Of a DNA stretch of 64,000 nt, positions 28,806 through 37,697 are shown piece after piece (positions within the stretch are counted from its first letter, which is position 1; each line of letters starts with the position of its first letter). The DNA lies in the NCBI GenBank assembly GCA_016787565.1, contig JAEUUG010000004.1:325827-389826 (forward strand). The letters are read 5' to 3'. This stretch comes from Cyclobacteriaceae bacterium (GTDB lineage: Bacteria; Bacteroidota; Bacteroidia; Cytophagales; Cyclobacteriaceae). Made by a program: the position numbers and the translations under genes. Under the pieces are notes generated by a model that saw only the letters and a list, made by a program, of their open reading frames with translations, was not told the origin of the DNA and ran no database searches.

Positions 28806-30173
28806 CTACTGAAGTTTTTGAATGATCTCGTGTAGGGTTAATTTTTCCTGCTCTCCCGTATCCATATTTTTCAATGTCAGTGCTCCGCTCTTCACTTCTT
28901 CCGATCCAACCACCAATGTATAGGCAACACCCTTTTTGTTGGCGTACTCCAACTGCTTCTTTAGTTTCGATACATCCGGATAGATTTCTGAAGCAATATT
29001 TGCTGCGCGAAAATGCTGTAGCAGGGCAAGGCCATACTGCAGGGTTTCTGCATCGAAATGGCAAATCAGTACTTTTGAAGACAGCCGTGTTTCTTTCGGA
29101 AAAGCCTGCAATTCTTCCAGGGCATCGTACAAACGATCAACACCAAAAGAGAACCCAACACCCGACAGGTTTTCTTTGTCACCAAACGTTTGTGTCAGGT
29201 TATCATAGCGTCCCCCACCACTCACACTGCCAATGGATACGTTATTGATTTTGACTTCAAAAATGCATCCGGTATAATAGCTCAGCCCACGAGCGAGTGC
29301 TACATCAAATTCAACATGCGCATCATCGGCACCGTATGATTTCAGCAACGTAAAAACTTCCTGCAGATCGTTTAGTCCCTTCTTCCCGTGTTCACTATTG
29401 TCAAAGAATTTTGTAAGAAAGGAAATTTTCTCAGGTGTACTACCTTTTGCATTTAGAATCTCAAAGAGATTAGTCAGGCTTTTTTCTGAAAAGCCTTTGG
29501 CTCGTAATTCGTCTTTTACTTTTTCTTCACCAATTTTATCAAGCTTGTCGATGGCTGCGAATAACGCGGTCTCATTTTCACAGGCGCCAATGGTTTCGGC
29601 TATGCCGGATAAGATACCGCGGTGATTGATTTTAATGGTGTAGTCATGAATGCCCAGCCCTTTGAAAACTTCTGTGATCATGAGAATAATTTCTGCTTCA
29701 CAGATCAACGAGTTGGTACCCACAACATCAGCATCGCACTGATAAAATTCGCGATAGCGGCCTTTCTGCGGACGATCAGCGCGCCAAACCGGCTGAATCT
29801 GATATCGTTTGAAGGGGAAACTGATTTCATGTCGGTTCATCACCACATAGCGTGCGAACGGCACCGTGAGATCATAGCGGAGACCTTTTTCGGCTATTTC
29901 AGATGTTATGAGCTTTGAACTTCTCGATTCGATTTTTTGAGGCGCCACATCTTTCAGAAAGTCACCTGAGTTAAGAATTTTAAACAAGAGTTGATCGCCT
30001 TCCTCGCCATACTTCCCCGTGAGGGTAGAAAGGTTCTCCATGGCGGGCGTTTCCAGTGGCTGAAACCCAAACTTTTGAAATACAGTACGGATGGTATTAA
30101 AAATGAATTGCCTTTTGGCCATGGTTGATGGGCCGAAATCGCGGGTGCCTTTGGGAAGCGTAGGTTTTTCCAT
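28806..30173 (-). CDS. hisS: histidine--tRNA ligase
   Basis: It has the class II aaRS motifs and a characteristic HisRS N-terminus (LPKGTRDFGPSTMAKRQFI). The 455-aa length fits. Confidence 0.95.
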   Translation of the reverse strand: MEKPTLPKGTRDFGPSTMAKRQFIFNTIRTVFQKFGFQPLETPAMENLSTLTGKYGEEGDQLLFKILNSGDFLKDVAPQKIESRSSKLITSEIAEKGLRYDLTVPFARYVVMNRHEISFPFKRYQIQPVWRADRPQKGRYREFYQCDADVVGTNSLICEAEIILMITEVFKGLGIHDYTIKINHRGILSGIAETIGACENETALFAAIDKLDKIGEEKVKDELRAKGFSEKSLTNLFEILNAKGSTPEKISFLTKFFDNSEHGKKGLNDLQEVFTLLKSYGADDAHVEFDVALARGLSYYTGCIFEVKINNVSIGSVSGGGRYDNLTQTFGDKENLSGVGFSFGVDRLYDALEELQAFPKETRLSSKVLICHFDAETLQYGLALLQHFRAANIASEIYPDVSKLKKQLEYANKKGVAYTLVVGSEEVKSGALTLKNMDTGEQEKLTLHEIIQKLQ

Positions 30174-30359
30174 AATCGGCCGGCAAGATAAAGGGTTTAC
30201 GGAATAGGTTGACGTTTATATGATAGCAGACCATCACATTTTCGTTCTAAAATCAAGTTTTTAGTACTTTTAGCCTTCTTTTTTGATATTCTTTTTGAGT
30301 GGCCATTTGGCTAAATGAATGAAAGCATTATTTTTGCGTTCCTTTTAACAGAAAGCGCC

Positions 30360-30515
30360 ATGTCAGTAACAAGACTTAAAAGAAAAAACCGCAAAGACAA
30401 AGCAAAATCAGCGGTTAGACGTCAATCCCTGAAGCTTCAAAATGCTAAGCCAGTGATTAAGAACGTTGATATCGAAAAAATCAAAGAAGAGTTTAAGGCT
30501 AAAGCAAAGGCTTAA
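30360..30515 (+). CDS. small highly basic protein (about 51 aa, Lys/Arg-rich), function unknown
   Basis: The sequence MSVTRLKRKNRKDKAKSAVRRQSLKLQNAKPVIKNVDIEKIKEEFKAKAKA is followed directly by a strong intrinsic terminator. The track ORF begins 15 codons earlier with a hydrophobic, odd-looking N-terminus, so the start is uncertain. Confidence 0.4.
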   Translation: MSVTRLKRKNRKDKAKSAVRRQSLKLQNAKPVIKNVDIEKIKEEFKAKAKA

Positions 30516-30537
30516 TTCTTTTATCCATTGTATAACA

Positions 30538-30573
30538 AAAGCCCTGTGAGATTCTCGCAGGGCTTTTTGTTTT
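30538..30573 (+). terminator. rho-independent terminator
   Basis: The hairpin gccctg-tgagattctcg-cagggc is followed by tttttgtttt. Confidence 0.65.
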
Positions 30574-30642
30574 ATCCTGATTCGGTGGGTTGTATTTGAT
30601 TGATTTTCCCCTTATTTTTTCGAATTGAAATGTCTTTAGGTT

Positions 30643-31221
30643 ATGAGCAATTTTAATGACTGGTGGGAGGGACTCAGTCTATCCCTTAAAATGTATTGGG
30701 GGTTGGCCATTCCGTTTACCCTCTTCTTTATATTGCAACTCATCTGGTCTTTTTTTGGAGGTGGCGATGTGCCCGATGATACTCCGGATGCGGAAATTGA
30801 AGCTGATTCAGGTGTTCCATTCCAGTTCTTTACCCTTAAAAATCTTGTCGCCTTCTTCACCATATTTTCCTGGACAGGCATTGCCTGTATTGATTCGGGA
30901 ATTTCAGAGACGGTTTCGCTGGCGATTGCCATTCTCTCAGGTCTGGCGATGATGACCATCATGGCTTCTATCTTTTATTTTCTGGGAAAGGCCAATGCCG
31001 ATGGTACAATGAAAATCAAAAAAGCTATTGGTGGAATCGGAGAAGTATACCTGACCATGCAAAAGAAGCGTGGCAGTGTAGGAAAGGTTCAGATTAAGGT
31101 ACAGGGTGCGTTGCGAACGCTGGAAGCCATAACAGACGATAATGAAGATATCCCCACCGGGAAAATGATCACTGTAAAAGGAGTCATTAATAACAGTATT
31201 CTCTTGGTCACTGCTAATTAA
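30643..31221 (+). CDS. NfeD/YqiJ-like membrane protein (flotillin partner)
   Basis: Several N-terminal TM helices are followed by a C-terminal soluble beta-rich domain (GSVGKVQIKVQGALRTLEAI...). It lies immediately upstream of the flotillin gene, as in the yqiJ-yqiK and nfeD-floT pairs. Confidence 0.6.
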   Translation: MSNFNDWWEGLSLSLKMYWGLAIPFTLFFILQLIWSFFGGGDVPDDTPDAEIEADSGVPFQFFTLKNLVAFFTIFSWTGIACIDSGISETVSLAIAILSGLAMMTIMASIFYFLGKANADGTMKIKKAIGGIGEVYLTMQKKRGSVGKVQIKVQGALRTLEAITDDNEDIPTGKMITVKGVINNSILLVTAN

Positions 31222-31229
31222 AATTCAAC

Positions 31230-32771
31230 ATGAGTATTTTTGCTTTACCTCTGGCAACCCTTGCGGTCCTCTTCATTTTTATTGTTCTGGTAACCTTCTT
31301 CAGGCGGTACAAGCGCTGCCCGTCCGATCGGATTTTAGTTGTGTATGGCAAGGTTGGTGGTGAATCAGCACGGTGTATTCACGGTGGTGCGGCCTTCATT
31401 TGGCCCGTGTTTCAGGATTATGCCTTTATGGATCTTACCCCGATTTCCATTGAAGTAAACCTGACCAACTCACTCAGCAAGCAAAACATCCGCGTTGATG
31501 TTCCATCCAAATTTACCGTAGGTATTTCAACAGAAAGTGGCGTAATGGAAAATGCTGCTGAGCGCTTGCTTGGCTTGCAACGCAATGATGTGCATTCGCT
31601 GGCGCATGATATCATTGTCGGGCAAATGCGTTTGGTGGTGGCCATGATGGACATTGAAGAGATTAACACCAATCGCGATAAATTTTTATTAAATGTTTCG
31701 CACAATGTGGAGGCTGAGTTGAAGAAGATCGGGTTGAAACTGATCAACGTAAACATCACCGATATCAAAGACGAAAGCGGTTATATCGCGGCATTGGGTA
31801 AAGAAGCTGCGGCTAAAGCAATTAATGAAGCCAAGATTCGGGTAGCCGACCAGGAGCGTATTGGCGATATTGGTAAAACCGAAGCGGAGAAAGAGCGCGA
31901 CATCAAAGTGGCTGAGATGGTACGTGACCGCGATACACAAGTTGCTGTAACGATAAAAGATAAGGAAGTTCTGATTGCGGGGGCCAAGCGCGATGAACAG
32001 ATCGGAAAAGTGGAGGCTGAGCGGGATACGCGTATTAAATCAGCGGAAGCCAATGCATTGGCAGTGAAAGGTGAAAACCAGTCAAAGATTTCCATTGCGA
32101 ACTCTGACTCAGAACGCAGGGAGCGCGAAGCCGAAGCACTTAAAAAAGCTATCGCCTCTGAAAAGGTGCAATCAGCGCGCGCGCTTGAAGAAGCCTACTT
32201 AGCAGAGCAAAAAGCTGAAGCCGCGCGTGCCGAACGCGAACGCGCTTCCCAGAATGCGAATATTGTTGTGGGTGCTGAGATTCAGAAGCAAAAAGCCATT
32301 ATTGAAGCGCAAGCTGAAGCCGAGAAAGTAAGGGAACGTGCAAAAGGTGAAGCGGATGCTATTTTTCTTAAAAGACAGGCCGAAGCAAAAGGTATTTATG
32401 AGATTTTGACAAAACAAGCTGAAGGGTTGAAAGCAATTGTTGGCGCTGCCGGCAACAGTTCGCGCGATGCGGCCATGCTGATCATTGCAGATAAACTTCC
32501 GGAGTTGGTGAAGTTGCAATCTGAGGCCATTAAAAATATTCAGATTGATAAAGTCACCGTGTGGGATGGTGGTGCAAACAAAGATGGTAAAACTTCTACG
32601 GCCAATTTCATTTCAGGCATGTATCAATCCGTTCCGCCTTTGCAGGAAATTTTTAAACTTGCGGGTCTGGAGTTACCGGGCTATTTAGGAAAGGTTGAGG
32701 AGGGCGCTGCGCAGGTTGCTAAAGAGGTTGAAAAGCCAGCGTCACCCGAAAGCGATAAGCCTAAAAAATAG
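31230..32771 (+). CDS. flotillin-like SPFH/band-7 protein
   Basis: An N-terminal TM anchor and SPFH domain are followed by a long Ala/Glu-rich heptad-repeat region (EAERDTRIKSAEANALA..., AEAARAERERA...). The 513-aa length is typical of FloT/YqiK. Confidence 0.85.
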   Translation: MSIFALPLATLAVLFIFIVLVTFFRRYKRCPSDRILVVYGKVGGESARCIHGGAAFIWPVFQDYAFMDLTPISIEVNLTNSLSKQNIRVDVPSKFTVGISTESGVMENAAERLLGLQRNDVHSLAHDIIVGQMRLVVAMMDIEEINTNRDKFLLNVSHNVEAELKKIGLKLINVNITDIKDESGYIAALGKEAAAKAINEAKIRVADQERIGDIGKTEAEKERDIKVAEMVRDRDTQVAVTIKDKEVLIAGAKRDEQIGKVEAERDTRIKSAEANALAVKGENQSKISIANSDSERREREAEALKKAIASEKVQSARALEEAYLAEQKAEAARAERERASQNANIVVGAEIQKQKAIIEAQAEAEKVRERAKGEADAIFLKRQAEAKGIYEILTKQAEGLKAIVGAAGNSSRDAAMLIIADKLPELVKLQSEAIKNIQIDKVTVWDGGANKDGKTSTANFISGMYQSVPPLQEIFKLAGLELPGYLGKVEEGAAQVAKEVEKPASPESDKPKK

Positions 32772-32794
32772 AATACGCAGTGAAAAATCTGGAG

Positions 32795-33121
32795 CTACTT
32801 CAGTTTCGGATTTTGATGATGTCTGTTTTTGTCGCGAAGTGTTTTTTTATCCAGATTTTTCTGAAAAGCCTGCGTGAGGTCTATGCCGGTTTGATTGGCC
32901 AGGCATATCAACACCCATAGCACATCGGCCATTTCATCACCCAGATCTTTATCCTTATCCGATTCCTTTTCAGATTGTTCGCCATACCTGCGTGCCATAA
33001 TCCGCGCTATTTCTCCCACTTCTTCGGTTAATAGGGCTGTGTTGGTTAGTTCATTAAAGTAACGAACACCATGGGTTTTGATCCATTGATCGACCTGTAA
33101 TTGTGCTTCCTGAAGGGTCAT
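32795..33121 (-). CDS. MazG-like nucleotide pyrophosphohydrolase
   Basis: It has the MazG EExxE-type motif (LTEEVGEIARIM ... LGDEMADVLWVLICLA). The length is 108 aa. Confidence 0.8.
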   Translation of the reverse strand: MTLQEAQLQVDQWIKTHGVRYFNELTNTALLTEEVGEIARIMARRYGEQSEKESDKDKDLGDEMADVLWVLICLANQTGIDLTQAFQKNLDKKTLRDKNRHHQNPKLK

Positions 33122-33273
33122 GGTAGTATCGATTGATGAAAATCAAGTTTACAATAAATATGCGAAAGAATAATCTAAATGGAGTTCTCCGCCATCTGAG
33201 TTTTATTCTTAAGGCAGTTCAAAATATCACCGTAAGTTCTTAACATTGGTCTTTCAATTTTTATTTTGTCCCT

Positions 33274-34041
33274 ATGCACATCGTCAACTGGAATGTAAAT
33301 GGTATCCGCTCCATCATTAAAAAAGATTTTATTAACGATGTAAAGACCATGGATCCGGATATGCTTTGCCTTCAGGAAACAAAAGCTGCTTTTGAAGAAG
33401 TGAAGTCTGCACTTGAATTACTACCAGATTATAAAGTGTTTGTCAATTCTTCCAAAGCACGTAAGGGATATTCTGGCACGGCCATTCTCACAAAAACAGT
33501 TCCGTTGGAAATAACCTACGACATGGGAATAGAAGCACATGATCAGGAGGGAAGGGTGATCACGGCCGAGTATGCTGATTTTTTTCTGGTGACTGTTTAT
33601 GTGCCAAATTCGGGCGAAGTTTTGGCGCGTCTGGATTATCGCGAATCATGGGACAATGATTTTCGTAATTATCTGGAGGGTTTGCAAAAACGCAAGCCTG
33701 TAATTTTGTGCGGTGATTTAAATGTGGCCCATCAGTCCATCGATATTGCCAGGGCTAAGGAGAATTACAATAAATCTGCTGGTTACACGCAGAAAGAAAT
33801 TGACGGATTTCAAAAGCTGATTGATGCCGGTTTTGTCGATACCTTCCGCTATCTTCATCCGGAAGAAGTAAAGTATACGTATTGGAACTATATGTTTAAT
33901 GCGCGTGCGCGTAACGTAGGTTGGCGGATTGATTATTTTTTGATGTCAACGTCATTACTCGATAAGTTAATGGAAGCCGAGATTTATAACCAATATTACG
34001 GATCGGATCATTGTCCGGTGGCGATTCGGTTGCAACTTTAA
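33274..34041 (+). CDS. xth: exodeoxyribonuclease III
   Basis: It has the endonuclease/exonuclease/phosphatase (EEP) fold motifs (IVNWNVNGIRS, LCLQETK, GDLNVAH, SDHCPV). The length is 255 aa. Confidence 0.9.
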   Translation: MHIVNWNVNGIRSIIKKDFINDVKTMDPDMLCLQETKAAFEEVKSALELLPDYKVFVNSSKARKGYSGTAILTKTVPLEITYDMGIEAHDQEGRVITAEYADFFLVTVYVPNSGEVLARLDYRESWDNDFRNYLEGLQKRKPVILCGDLNVAHQSIDIARAKENYNKSAGYTQKEIDGFQKLIDAGFVDTFRYLHPEEVKYTYWNYMFNARARNVGWRIDYFLMSTSLLDKLMEAEIYNQYYGSDHCPVAIRLQL

Positions 34042-34051
34042 TCATAACCCT

Positions 34052-34741
34052 ATGCAAAAATTTGTGATTCTGATTTCCTGTCTGGCGTTATATAACATAG
34101 CCATCGGACAACAGCCCATCAATGCGCTGGATGCACAGACCAACTTGAGGGATTTAAATTCAGGTGCGATAGCACGAACCTACGATAATCGGTACGAGGG
34201 TGTGAAGGGATTTCCGACATTATTTGAAAATTTTTTACCCGGTCAGGTAGCTATCAATGGGGAGTGGGTTCAGGCAAAGGAACTTAACTACGATGCCGTA
34301 AACGATGATGTTTTGGTGATCCGAAATAAAACGATGGTTGTGTTGCGCAAGACGGTTGTGAAGAATTTTCGAATGATATACGGAACAGATACGCTTCTCT
34401 TTACCAATGTAAAACAGGATGAAACAGAGGGTTATTATCAGGAGTTGGTGACGGCCCCGGTGGCCCTTTACAAAAGGGTAGTGAAGACCGTATTGGCACC
34501 TGATTACACCGGTGCCTTCAGTGCACATCGCAATTATGCAGAGTTTATTCAGGCGCAATCCTATTTTGTTAGAAAGGGTGATCAGAAAATAGTTGAGATT
34601 AAGAACAAGAAGGATGTTAATCAACTGTTTCCGGAGCTTGCGGATAAACTAAAAGTTTTTTATAAAGAAAATCAGTTTGACGCTAAGCGCGAGGATCATT
34701 TGGTAGCACTCGTTGTCTTTATCAACGCAGCATTGCGTTGA
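34052..34741 (+). CDS. hypothetical secreted protein
   Basis: A signal peptide (ILISCLALYNIAIGQQ) is present. No motifs were recognised. Confidence 0.5.
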   Translation: MQKFVILISCLALYNIAIGQQPINALDAQTNLRDLNSGAIARTYDNRYEGVKGFPTLFENFLPGQVAINGEWVQAKELNYDAVNDDVLVIRNKTMVVLRKTVVKNFRMIYGTDTLLFTNVKQDETEGYYQELVTAPVALYKRVVKTVLAPDYTGAFSAHRNYAEFIQAQSYFVRKGDQKIVEIKNKKDVNQLFPELADKLKVFYKENQFDAKREDHLVALVVFINAALR

Positions 34742-34746
34742 ACTGC

Positions 34747-35367
34747 CTACAGTCCGATTCCTATTTTTGCACCTATTTTAGGATAGATTCCGGAATAGCC
34801 CGGATCAAAAACATCGTAATAGGGTTCGTAGACTGGCTGGCCATCAGGGTATTCTATATCGGTGAACTTAACACCGCCACCAACATACACATCTAATAAG
34901 AGGATTTGCCATAGTGTTTTCTGATAGCCAATGGTAAAGCCAGGCGTTAACGATAATGTTTTCTCGGTGTATTTGGATGGATCACTCCCATAGTAATAAT
35001 CAGTATTTTCACCTTTAAAGTACTCTCCCCGTAAAAAGAAACTATAGTAAATACCTTGATAGGACATACGATTGCCGCGTTGACGGAATTTCATTGGGGC
35101 CGCATACTTGCGAAATGAAATCTCCAGGCTTCCACCCGCCCCCTCATCATAAGCGATTGATCCGGACCGGAGGCCTGCACTCAGATTAAAACTTTTAGAA
35201 TAAGTTGGATTGAATGTTTCAATGCCCAGTTCAAGGGTATTGAGGGCAAACTGGAGTGGCGAAAGCTTGATAAAAGTTTTAGGGAGTTTAAACTCGAGGT
35301 CATTGTCCTGGGCTAAAACAAACAATGAACAGGAAAGGAAAGTCAGGGTAAGGATTAGGTTTTTCAT
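34747..35367 (-). CDS. hypothetical outer-membrane beta-barrel-type protein
   Basis: I moved the start to MKNLILTLTFLSCSLFVLAQ, which reads as a signal peptide. The rest has alternating aromatic-rich beta-strand character and ends in an aromatic/hydrophobic C-terminus (KIGIGL). Confidence 0.5.
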   Translation of the reverse strand: MKNLILTLTFLSCSLFVLAQDNDLEFKLPKTFIKLSPLQFALNTLELGIETFNPTYSKSFNLSAGLRSGSIAYDEGAGGSLEISFRKYAAPMKFRQRGNRMSYQGIYYSFFLRGEYFKGENTDYYYGSDPSKYTEKTLSLTPGFTIGYQKTLWQILLLDVYVGGGVKFTDIEYPDGQPVYEPYYDVFDPGYSGIYPKIGAKIGIGL

Positions 35368-35447
35368 GGAAACGGGTTTTTTGAAGCAATAACTTAATTT
35401 CAAACATTTTATTGTTTGACACACCTTTAACCGAATACGTTGGATTC

Positions 35448-36755
35448 TTACTTCTCCCGCTCAATCAGCGCACCGATTTTCTGTAGCCTTCCATCAATGT
35501 TCTGATAACCCCTGTCAATCTGGTCGATGTTGGAAATTTCGCTGGTACCTTTGGCGGAAAGGGCTGCAATCAATAATGCTACACCTGCGCGAATATCCGG
35601 TGATGACATTTTGATGCCTTTTAATTGTTGTTTTCGGTCTAATCCGATAACGGTGGCCCTGTGCGGATCACATAAAATAATCTGAGCGCCCATATCAATC
35701 AGCTTGTCAACAAAGAAAAGCCGGCTTTCGAACATTTTCTGATGAATGAGTACTGTTCCTTTAGCCTGGGTTGCAATCACGAGTACAATGCTTAATAAAT
35801 CGGGCGTGAATCCCGGCCACGGGGCATCAGCTATGGTAAGAATGGAGCCATCAATGAAGGTTTCAATTTCGTAATGCTCTTGCGCAGGAATGTAAATATC
35901 ATCACCGCGGAATTCCATTTTAATACCCAGTCGTTTGAAGATTTCCGGGATGATGCCTAGCATATCAATGCGACAGTTTTTAATGGTGATTTCTGATTGT
36001 GTCATGGCGGCAAGGCCGATGAAACTACCAATCTCAATCATATCCGGTAAAAGCGTATGTTCTGTTCCTCCTAATTTTTCAACACCTTCAATGGTGAGTA
36101 AGTTGGAGCCGATACCACTAATGTTGGCGCCCATACGATTGAGCATTAGGCAAAGCTGCTGAAGATAAGGTTCGCAGGCAGCGTTGTATACTGTAGTTTT
36201 TCCTTTTGCCAGTACGGCTGCCATCACAATATTAGCCGTGCCGGTAACGGATGCTTCATCCAGCAGCATATAGCATCCTTTCAATTCCGATGCATCGATG
36301 TGGAAGAGATGTTCGGTAGCATCAAAGTTGAATTTTGCACCGAGTTTCTGAAATCCTAAAAAATGAGTATCCAGTCTGCGTCTGCCAATCTTATCACCAC
36401 CTGGTTTGGGAATACTTGCTTTACCAAACCGTGCGAGAATCGGACCAAGCAACATAACGGAGCCACGAAGGGCCGCAGCTTTTTTTCGATAGTCTTCAGT
36501 TTCTAAAAATTTTGTATCGATGGAAGAGGCTGTGAACCGATAGGATTCTGTATCCAGTTTTTCAACCTTGCAACCGAGGTCGCCCACCAGGCTTATCAGT
36601 TTATTGACATCAACGATGTCGGGTATGTTGTGGATGGTTACTGGTTCAGCCGACAGCAGTGTAGCACTGATAATTTGAAGGGCTTCATTTTTTGCGCCTT
36701 GCGGAATGATTTCACCTTTCAGTTTAGTCCCGCCTTTTATTTTAAAAACACTCAT
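35448..36755 (-). CDS. murA: UDP-N-acetylglucosamine 1-carboxyvinyltransferase
   Basis: The EPSP-synthase fold is present. The N-terminus is characteristic of MurA (IKGGTKLKGEIIPQGAKNEALQII). The length is 435 aa. Confidence 0.95.
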   Translation of the reverse strand: MSVFKIKGGTKLKGEIIPQGAKNEALQIISATLLSAEPVTIHNIPDIVDVNKLISLVGDLGCKVEKLDTESYRFTASSIDTKFLETEDYRKKAAALRGSVMLLGPILARFGKASIPKPGGDKIGRRRLDTHFLGFQKLGAKFNFDATEHLFHIDASELKGCYMLLDEASVTGTANIVMAAVLAKGKTTVYNAACEPYLQQLCLMLNRMGANISGIGSNLLTIEGVEKLGGTEHTLLPDMIEIGSFIGLAAMTQSEITIKNCRIDMLGIIPEIFKRLGIKMEFRGDDIYIPAQEHYEIETFIDGSILTIADAPWPGFTPDLLSIVLVIATQAKGTVLIHQKMFESRLFFVDKLIDMGAQIILCDPHRATVIGLDRKQQLKGIKMSSPDIRAGVALLIAALSAKGTSEISNIDQIDRGYQNIDGRLQKIGALIEREK

Positions 36756-36834
36756 TAACGATGTGTAAATTTTTTAGTCGTTATTGGTAATTGGTAAGTT
36801 TGATCGGTGAGCGCGTTATGGATTACGTTAACGG

Positions 36835-37548
36835 TTATTGATCTCTTCTTTTGTTGCGGAAATTCCCACCCTTGTTTTTGTTGAATGGCCGGTGTCCGCC
36901 TCCGCCATTTCCACCCTGGCCCTGGAAACGTTGGCCACCACCATGCTGACCGCCTCCACCTTGTGGCCTTACTTTTTTACGTTCTTTGTAAAGTTTTTCA
37001 AAGAGGTTGTCCTCCCGAACTTTGTCGATGGTCATGTTTAAAGCTCCCCCCGACATCAACTGAATATCTTTTAGAATAACCGAGTCGTCAATGGTTTCTT
37101 TATTCCAGTTGCTATAAAAGGTCTTCATCAGTTTGCCCAGGTAGATGATGGCATCTTCACGCTCCTGCGCATCTTCCAGTTTCAAGGCTTCCGTCACCAG
37201 CTTTTCAATATTTTTACCGTAGTGCTTGAAACGCACATCGTTCTTTGGATATTCTACACGCTCTGGCTTTTTAAAGAGAATATCGCGTTCTGGAACTGGG
37301 TACGGGTTATTGATATCCAGGTTGAAATCTGCAATGATGTACAGATCGTCCCAGATACGCTGTGGATTTTCAGGCTGATCTTTAATGCTGGGCGTCAGTT
37401 GTTTAATGAGTTCAATTAGTGTGTAGGCCAATTCCGTGCGTTTATCCTTATCGGGAACGCTGCGGATGTATTCAATTAGTTTCTGAACATTACGACCATA
37501 TTCTTTCAGAATAATAAACGGCCGCTGAGTATTGTATTCTCCTATCAT
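36835..37548 (-). CDS. DUF4290 family protein with Gly/Gln/Arg-rich low-complexity C-terminal tail
   Basis: I moved the start to MIGEYNTQRPFIILKEYGRNVQKLIEY, because EYNTQR is the typical DUF4290 N-terminus. The C-terminal tail reads GGGGQHGGGQRFQGQGGNGGGGHRPFNKNKGGNFRNKRRDQ. It lies upstream of murA, as is common in Bacteroidota. Confidence 0.7.
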   Translation of the reverse strand: MIGEYNTQRPFIILKEYGRNVQKLIEYIRSVPDKDKRTELAYTLIELIKQLTPSIKDQPENPQRIWDDLYIIADFNLDINNPYPVPERDILFKKPERVEYPKNDVRFKHYGKNIEKLVTEALKLEDAQEREDAIIYLGKLMKTFYSNWNKETIDDSVILKDIQLMSGGALNMTIDKVREDNLFEKLYKERKKVRPQGGGGQHGGGQRFQGQGGNGGGGHRPFNKNKGGNFRNKRRDQ

Positions 37549-37697
37549 AAGGATGTATGCTTTACGATTTTGAAATAAGGATTTTCGATTTTTCTTAACG
37601 CTTTGGAGTTGCCCTGGCAACGCGCGCTATTCGATTCTGGATGCAATAAAACCATTTACCACACAAAGCTAAGCTTTTGCCGGCCATTTGCCAATTC

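Noticed and set aside
27271-29064. 597-aa ORF for histidine ammonia-lyase overlapping hisS by about 260 nt
   Set aside because: The first 100 codons have no HAL homology and lie inside the hisS coding region on the same strand. Met101 gives a canonical ~498-aa HAL with a 41-bp gap, so the extension is an ORF-calling artefact.
33122-33273. Possible Bacteroidota sigma-A promoter (TAnnTTTG-like ttattttg) just upstream of xth, and similar near-matches upstream of 30315, 30643 and 17970
   Set aside because: The matches are one position off consensus or lack a properly spaced -33 TTG. They are too weak to call as features without transcription-start data.
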